Source: Spironucleus salmonicida (taxonomy: Eukaryota). Taken from it: a stretch of DNA of 64,000 nucleotides. The notes under the pieces were generated by a model, which saw nothing but the letters and a program-made list of their open reading frames with translations, was not told where the DNA came from and searched no databases. A program made the translations under genes and the position numbers. Shown here piece by piece: positions 55,443 to 64,000 of this stretch. The stretch lies in contig NC_090602.1 of NCBI RefSeq assembly GCF_000497125.1, positions 1,364,001-1,428,000 on the forward strand, given 5' to 3'. Within the stretch, counting starts at the first letter, position 1. Each line of letters starts with the position of its first letter.

Positions 55443-58400
55443 TCATTCCCACACAATTTCTACTCCTTCCCCTTCTTCAACATTACCTTAAAATTCTTAC
55501 CCGCATAATACACAGAAATCGCTTTTACCTTTCCCAAAAACACTTAACTTAACATCAGAGCAACAAAATTATTCCTTTTTAACACAAAATCCACCTTAAA
55601 CTGCTACCGGATGTTCAGAAATGGATTAAAATTTTTCGTCAAATATTACAAATTTTGACGAAAAAATTAATAAAAACCGCTCTAAATTTCCATCCATAAC
55701 CACATAAATACCTTCAATTTAATTAGATTATAATAGTTTTTTCATCTCGATATTAGTAGTAAATTGTATATCAGAAATTCTTGATTGTAGTAAAATTCTA
55801 TCTTGGTTTTCTTTTTAAACTATGCATAAAAACAAAGTTTTTGTGAGACAAATTGATATGATTTTAGATATTTGTTATAAGATATGTTTACGAATCAAAT
55901 TACTATTTATAGCATTAAAAACTATATATTTAGGACTCATTTCAATATAAAAGTGATTTTATTCTTAAAAACAAAAAACTGAATTTTAATATCTAGGCTT
56001 GATTGTAGTCTCTATTAATTTTTAAAGTTAAAATGAATAAGATAAAGTTATGAGTTCTTCAGAAATTAAATATAGTGTTTAATGCTAAATTTCAAAGGAA
56101 TCCGCAGAAAACTCTTGAGATATAAATTACTTAGACTACTGAATGAATGCAGTTACTACATTTATGCTAGTTTGGGTAATCAGAATTGTGGGGTTCGACT
56201 GAAGCACGTAAATTCCACTAATATGCTTAGGAAGATAATGCTAAACAAAAAATGTTGCATTTTTTTTATTAATTCGGTAATTATCTAAAAATGTGCTAAT
56301 TTGAGACTAGGTTTGCTAGTTGTTAACTTATTTGTGCCAAAAGATAAGCTTTTCCTCTAAAACAACAAGAATATATGATACATCTTTTGGATCCGCTTTT
56401 TATATAAGTGATAGTAAAGCTACTTCTTACTACTCTGAAAATAAACAGGTTCTTGCAAATTTAAATACTTAATTCAAATTTTCAACGCTAGGTATCTCTA
56501 AGTTCCTTTCCATCTGCTGCCTACCAATATAATCAGCCACTTTTTACCAGCAATAAAAGCAGTGTTCATCTTCATCAAATATTTCTTTTACTATAAAGAT
56601 AATATTTAACAAAACTAAAATATCTAAGAAATCAATTTACAAATTTTATAAAAATTCATATATTTTTGACTTAAATATTCTACGAAGATTAATTTATACT
56701 AGTTTAAGATTCTAACAAGTTCTAAATTTTGGTTAGGACACAAATAAAAACTATAACAGTGTTGAATACTTCTTTTAATTAAAAATTTTAGGGACTGTGA
56801 AATCAAAACATTGCTCAATAACCGGCAGTGAAATGCTATCAAATGAAATAATTTCGTTATTTAGGACCTCTTTCTGTTTAATAATGCTATAAATCGGAAT
56901 TGACTTAATTTTTAGTTAGTTTGATATTTTTTAATACAACAATTTTATATACAGTGATGAATATCTAAGAGATAAAGACACTGATAAAGAAAGAATGAAT
57001 TATGAGATATTGATATCCTAATAAAAGAGATGAACTGCATATAAGAAAGAGACTAAATCGGGAATATCTGTTGCTTTTATTTAGTGTTTAGTTAAATCTT
57101 ATAATAATTATAAAATTTATAATATATTTATTTTTTCATTTGAAAAATTGATTAAAATAAATTAATTAACTTTAACAGCCTCTATATAATCTAAAGCATT
57201 TAAGTTATCAGATAAGTAGCAGTTTTATATTTGTAATAACAATATATTTTTGATATCATCATCAATTTAGTCATGGAATCTAAGAATTTAAACTGAGCGT
57301 AAAGCAAGAATGGCACTATTGAAATAATCAACAGATGATAATATTTTAATTGCATTGATATAATCTTTACCAATAATAAACCAAGCAGCTGACATTTCAT
57401 ACTAATGTTTTGATAATAAAACAAATGCATTCTTTATAGCAGCCTATTAGTTACTTAAAATGGAAAAATCACGCTTCAAAAATTCAGCAACTTTAACTTA
57501 ATTAGATAATTTATATAAATTAGCAAGAAGTTAAACTTTATTACATATAATAAAATATAATGACACTTATTGAGGAGATTTTTCAAGTTAATATTAGCCA
57601 GTTGCCATTTAAGTTATAATGTCAATTAAATGATAGACGGGGGAGGTATATAATATATTACTATTTAGTAATTAGTCTATGCTTATTTTAGGTATCTTGT
57701 TAGTAGAATCAAGTGTAGCATAAAAATTTTATAACCACTCAGGAAAATCATTTTTGTTATATTTAGTCTAAATCTCAATATAGTTAAATTGATTCATAGC
57801 CAAAAAAGGTAGGGCAGATTAGAAAAATTAGCTAAATCGATTAAGTGATTCAAATTAGCTATTTATATCAATTTCATCATTGAAATCTCCAGTAACTTCA
57901 AAAAATATTGACAAATCTGGTACATTACATATAATATGTTCAAGTTGAGTCTCCATATTGCCATATTTAGTTCTCTAAATCTAACATAATTAAAGTTCAG
58001 AATTAACAGAAAAGCATCCTTCATTTAATTAAGCATAAGATGCTTTTTAACACCTAATTAGTGGTATATAAAAAATAATATCATATGTCTATGTCTTAAC
58101 TATGAAAGTTTATAAAGGTTGCAAGTAATTACAAGATATATATTCTGACTACATTTAAAACTCAAATATTACAGTAGTATCCTCAAAATCTAAAAACTAT
58201 AAACAGTTTCCGTTTAATAATACCTATATTAAAGAATAGGTATCGTAAAGAAGATGTATACAATTGTATATTTATTTAGTATATACAAGTTTTTAATTCT
58301 CATATCTTTATATACAATTTTCTTATAAATTATACAATGAACCTTTATAAAATAGCATCTACTTAATATAATCAAAATTTTCAATAGTGTTTAGAAGATT

Positions 58401-59333
58401 ATTATCAATATCAAACTATTCACAGGTTTTACCATGGACAACCCAAAAATTTTTTTACTGCCAATAAACTTATTCGATGCGCTCATTAAATGTATGAACC
58501 AACTTGCAATCTCTTAAATTTTCAGCAATATACAAATTATTTGTTACTACCAAAGCATTTAAACGTAAAAATGATGGATATGTTCTTGATATTCTGATAT
58601 TTGTATGTAATGTAAGACTTTTATCAATAACTTAATTATTTTCAATAACATATTTACAAAACATTCTAGACTTATCTGAAATAATAAAGCAAACATTGAT
58701 TTGAAAAATATACTTTTCTTAATCTTAAGTGACTGCATATGCTTATATGTAATCTACACTAACATCTGTAAGTATAGGCAGTTCGATTATAATTTCTTTA
58801 GTGCCAAACATTTTAAGCTGAAATTTTGTATTCACTAAAAATACCCATGGAGCTCCATAATTAACGACATACGATGCTAATGATTTTTCAAATACTTTTA
58901 TAACTTTATCATCTTTCATCAAATAAGTTCGATTTCTATTTAACAAACAATAATTTTATGATATAGAGTGGTAATCGAATTTATAGTTAGTGTATTCTTA
59001 AGTAAAAACATTGTAATATTCGTTATCAAGTCTCACTATTGGTGGATCAATAACACTTATATATTTAATAATTTTATTAAAAGTTCTTAACAAAACCATA
59101 ACAGTATTATTAAGATCGAACTAGTATAAGTAAAGTTAGTCTGATGTAAGCGCTAAAATATAAATATCGTGTTTAATAAATGAACAAATATCTATAATAG
59201 TAGTCTTTAGCGTTTTTTCATAGTACTAATCTTAGTACCTAATAATAAGTCTATTTTATTACTAAGAAATGAGCAACTAGTTAAACCCTTTACTTGAAAG
59301 TATATTAAATGATTAACGAGTAATAAAATCCAT
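55443..59333 (-). CDS. RAV1: RAVE complex subunit Rav1 / Rabconnectin-3alpha (DMXL)-like, 1296 aa
   Basis: SPQQVSLYFIICNKVQLLANLYK...EFLKRDFS...AAIKNAFVLLSKHQYEMSAAWFIIG matches the Rav1p_C core. Frame checked open from 59333 to 55443. Confidence 0.82.
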
Positions 59334-59673
59334 TTAGTAGTAGAATGATTTACTATATTATGATTTGATAATGTATATTTAGTTAACTAATATAATTCAT
59401 CTTTATACTTATTATATACAATATATTATTAATTATTTTGTTAACCAATATATAATATAAGTAATATTATATAGGTTTAAAGATTTTTTTAATTGTAAAG
59501 TTTAGTTTTCGCAGAAATTAATTATAATGATTTTTGTCTTATTTTATAATAAAGTATAATAAAATAAACGTCATAACCCATATAATAATAATTATTATAT
59601 AAAATACTAGTAAATATTTCATCATAATAATATATAATTTACTATTATTAATTATATATAATATTTTCTTAAA

Positions 59674-61308
59674 ATGGGATGTTCATCATAATAAGTAAAA
59701 GACTAAATAGTAAATGAAAATATGTTCAAATTACCATCATAATAATAATAATTATAGGCAGGTATTAAATTGCCACAAAACAAGGAACTTCCTATAAACT
59801 ACCTAGAAATACCGACAAGATTAATTATTTCTTAACTAGTTTCATCTAAGTCTCAAGAATAAACAAATGCAGTGACCAAACCTAATGCATTATTATATAG
59901 AGTTGCAGAGCTAGTTGTATAGGCGAATGCCTAAAACTTTAATGAGTTTGTACTTGTTTTTGATAGCCAATTCTAGTCTAACTAATAGCTTTAATGGACA
60001 GGTTTCATGATGAATTTATTGAATGTATTTATAAGAAGAATGACTAAAGGGTTGGTGTTTGGTATTGATTCTTTAGTGCAAACTTAGAATAATGAAATAA
60101 CTTTAGTTATTTCAACAGCAAAAACACTTAAGTACTTGTATTCTGAATAAAAAATTGAATAAGATGAATTAGAGTATATGTTTGCTGATATTTGCATTAG
60201 CGCTGTTAAAAATCAATAATCTTTTATCGAGATTACATACGATCCATTAACGCTAAATACGACTTAAGTTCAGCTTTTGTTGAAGGAAGTTTATAAGACA
60301 CACACAAAATTATAAGACACATTTGGTAGAACTTTTGCAAGTTTAAGAAAACTTAACTAACATAGCTTGTTTAGTTTTACTGTTCTCCTTTTTACTTTAG
60401 ATGCTATTTAAGAAATTCTTAACGGCGCTGTGAATAAAGATTTAGTAGTTTCAAATTCATTTGAACTTAAATATAATAAAGACTATGAGAAAAAATTTAA
60501 TAATCGTAGTTTCTTTTCGAATTTAATTGTAAATTCAGCTTATAGATAGCTTATGTTCTTTATTGTTGATAACATTAACTAATATGCTTAAACAATTACG
60601 ATTCCATTTGAACTTAGATTTAGACCAACGTTTTTAAGTGTATTCTCATAGATGATGTCATTTTAATATCCAATGATGTACTAGTATCAATTAGAGCCTT
60701 TGGAGTAGCAAGATGGTTACCTCACTAAACTATCAGTAGAAAAGGCTGATTAGGCATATAATAAAAAAGTTGATGGTCTATTGGCTTATTTATGTAACTA
60801 AATTCCAGAACAATATAGAAAACTAGTCAATAGTATTTACTCTAGATCAGCAATTGATGACTAAAATGCAGAAAATTATTCAGACAACGAAGAGAATTCA
60901 AAGGATAAAAATTAAAAAATAACTGAGATTGTAGATTTTGTTTTATAAGAGTATCTGTTTAGTCCATAATAAGTTATTGATATAGATGTATCTAAGTATG
61001 ATTAAGATTATATCTAAAAGAATATGATATAAATTAAGTAAGAAATAGAAAATAATTTACTTGGTGGTGATGAAGTTAAAATTGGAGTTACTCTTGATTA
61101 AGAAGTTTTCATTAAAGTAGAAAAAGTTACAAATAGAAATAAATCGAGATAATAATCTAGAGCAGCCGGTCGTAGATAGGTAATGGTTAAAGATGAAGTT
61201 GAAGTACTAGGGAAACGCAAAGTATATGGAGAAGAGTAACATGAAGAACTAAATTACGATGATGCAGCTGGAAAAATTTAAATGCTATTTTATGATATTG
61301 ACCTTTGA
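59674..61308 (+). CDS. MGC-acylated hypothetical protein, 544 aa
   Basis: Starts MGCSS, open to TGA 61306. An internal segment resembles part of the 13546 protein. Confidence 0.7.
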
Positions 61309-61330
61309 TAATAGTGAACCATATTAAATA

Positions 61331-61735
61331 TCACATTATTACTTTCTCAACTTTACTTACAACAGATATTTCAGATACAGACTATTAGGACAGTAGTCGT
61401 TATAGTGGAGTTATAGTTCGATCTTCCTATGATTCAAACAATAATTAACTTGGAGAGTCATTCGAAAATACTTGTGAGTTTTATGATAAATATATTCCCT
61501 ATTGAATGCAGGAACTATTTTAGATATCTCGAAGTGATAAAACTCCAAAAGCATGAGATAAATCAACTTTATTTTGTTAAGATTTAGATCTTTCTTCTGC
61601 TAATTATTTTTTCATCTTTTAGTCTAATAATTTATTTTATATATCATTCCTCTCGACTCTTTTACCTTTGAATGATTCCCTCTATTAAACCTCTAATTTT
61701 TATTTGAGTAAAGATAATTTAGCTAACTTTTCCAT
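61331..61735 (-). CDS. Hypothetical protein, 134 aa
   Basis: MEKLAKLSLLKQKLEVQQRE... to TGA 61331. Confidence 0.55.
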
Positions 61736-61861
61736 TGTTTGAAAGGGAAGTTTCCCCGGGTAAAAGGACTATAATAATATATATAATAAAAATACGTATA
61801 ATAAATTGAACTATACTAATTAATTTTATTATATATTAAAATTAAATACTAGACTCTCACC

Positions 61862-62278
61862 TCATTAACAAACGGTCTTGAATAATTTTCTTTAATTCTT
61901 CGATAAAATTTTAATATTATCATTAAGGGTACTAAGATAACGCTTAAGTTAAGATACATTATATAACAATTCATTGGCTTATGCATTACTAGCGGTTATT
62001 CGCAGTACAAGTTAGTGCTAATTGCCTAACTCTTGAAAACTTTCATCAGATATGCTATCTGATATATCTGCATATAACTGAGATTAAATTAATTATTGAG
62101 GTAATTCATCTGGTTAAACAATATTTCTGGAAGAGGATGGAGACGAAAGATTATCTAGAATACTTGGAACAAAATAAGTGCTTGAGTTGGAAATCGGTGT
62201 GGTTAATTCCAATAATGGAAATTGTTGTATAAAGCTTTTCCCCTTTTGCTTTGGTATATTAGGTGGTTTGAATTCCAT
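61862..62278 (-). CDS. Hypothetical protein, 138 aa
   Basis: MEFKPPNIPKQKGK... to TGA 61862. Confidence 0.55.
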
Positions 62279-63095
62279 TTTTTAAAAATTAGTACAGCTC
62301 ATTATTTAGAGTTGTAAACATTCTATTTACACTATTTCCAGAAAAAATTTATAATCTATACTTTAATCTATTATATTTATTCGAAATTAGTACTAAAAAT
62401 AACTCTATATTTCCTTATTAATATCAATAATATAAATTTCCTGTCCAACGTCAAGTAAAATAATTTACTTAGAATTTAATCTGATAAATTTACTCAATTT
62501 ACTGTATTTAATATTATTAATGGTCCTATGCCGAAAATTTCATAATGTTAGTTATACTTAATATATTAAATATTTCTTTTAATTTAAATGATTTATTATA
62601 CTCCTAGTTTCATAAATTTAGAAATTAAATTTATAAGTAGAATTGATTTTAAAACTTAAAATTTAAACTTTCATAAGTTTAATAGGTTAGTACAACTATA
62701 CTGTATAATTTTTATATAATATTAAATTTTGAATTAAGTTATACTATTTGATAAAATTTTGTACATAACTATATTTATGTAAATGTTAAATTTATTTTAA
62801 AAAATAAATATTTATAGAAAATTAAATTACTCTGATTCACATATAACAGCTATCAATTAATTAGGTTAGTCTATAAAACTTTGCCTAAATACATCATAAA
62901 TTACATAATTTTTATGAAGTGTTCAAATAAATCGTTAAATGCTCCATATACAATCAAAATAGAGCACATTTAGCAAATTTGGATCAACCAATTAATATCT
63001 CCAGTCTTAACCAATTTTCTAATACAAACTAATATATATCAAGATTTCATATCTTACCATTATTATAGATCGTATAGAAGTATTTATAACTCTAT

Positions 63096-64000
63096 TCACT
63101 TTTTCAACCTGCGTCCCAGCAACTTCTCGACACTGCTCAGAACGCTGGCTTGCTCGCTGAACTCAAGCTCCCGCCCTCCATCTAGCTACTTAATTTTACT
63201 CTGAAGCTCATTCTACAAAACGCTGAACACCGTTTTAACATTCTCCAGTTCTTCGTTTTTTTCGTTCAAAATCGACGTCAGCTCGCAGTTTTCGCGTTAC
63301 GTTTTGGAAACAAGTTACTTCATTTTTCCGATGATTTCTGCTTGTTGTACGCGCTTCTTACGCGTCAAATCAAGCTGGTTTTTAACCTTTTCAAGCTCCT
63401 GACCGTGGCGAAAACTGGCTAGTTCCAGGTCATTCTGGAACGTCTCCAAAGGTGTAAGCTCCTTAACCTTATTACTTAGATCAGTATTCTTAGCATTTAG
63501 TTGTGAGACTTACTCCCGTAAAATCTGCACTGATTTTGGATCGAAATCATCTAGAATTTTGGTAATTTTAAGCAGTTTTGGGGATATTTTCTCTGCAATC
63601 AGGAGCAGCATCTACGTGTGGCGCTGCTAGTGGAAGGACTACGCAGTTAGCAGATTTTCAAGAGCGTACGAAATCTGTGGAAAAAATGTGGAAATCTCAA
63701 ATTTTGGAAGCTCGAAGTCAGATTAGGCAGGTGCATTTTAGATTGCATTCAGGGTTGTGTGCAAATTGCGAATTTACTGGTTCAACATAGTGATTTCGGC
63801 ACCATACTTGGCGTGTAGTTGCTAGGTCGCGCATATGGTATTATGCTAGAATGAGCTGATTTATGAATATTGTGAGTGGTCGTTTTATAGCTAAATGGAT
63901 AGTTCTGTAGCAAGTTTGCTTAGGCGCTAATTTTCCTCAGTCAGGGTGACGATTTCAAACTGAAAATCGTGTTGAGGAATGATTGTGGTTTCGTGCTCAA
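63096..64000 (-). CDS. 3' part of a coiled-coil protein (5' end outside the window)
   Basis: E/Q/K/L-rich frame ending ...LLGRRLKK-TGA (AGTGA) at 63096. Confidence 0.7.

Overview
Compact, very AT-rich eukaryotic protist DNA that uses a non-canonical nuclear code: TAA/TAG = Gln and only TGA = stop. The supplied standard-code ORF track is therefore fragmented and mostly misleading. The code, the apparently intron-free densely packed genes, AGTGA-type stop contexts, C-rich motifs before ATGs and the gene content point to a hexamitid diplomonad (Spironucleus-like; inference). Re-translating by hand with table 6 gives about 36 CDSs. Recognisable products include dynein light and intermediate chains, FPGS/FolC, Noc1/Mak21, PhLP3, a Cet1-type RNA triphosphatase, a Pirh2-like E3, DZIP1, a Pus3-like TruA, Spb1, a PPP phosphatase, prefoldin and Rav1/DMXL. 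The most notable structure is a near-identical inverted pair of GAPDH genes bracketing about 9.5 kb that contains two tandem bacterial-type NADH oxidases, both with Met-Gly-Cys (predicted dual-acylation) N-terminal extensions. Other candidates for follow-up are a miniature M16 peptidase, an NBS1-like FHA-BRCT protein, a POLD4-like motif protein, a pseudo-transglutaminase family and a 1647-aa AbpF-like protein. No tRNA, rRNA, CRISPR array or mobile element was recognised. All family calls come from motif recognition by eye, not from database searches.
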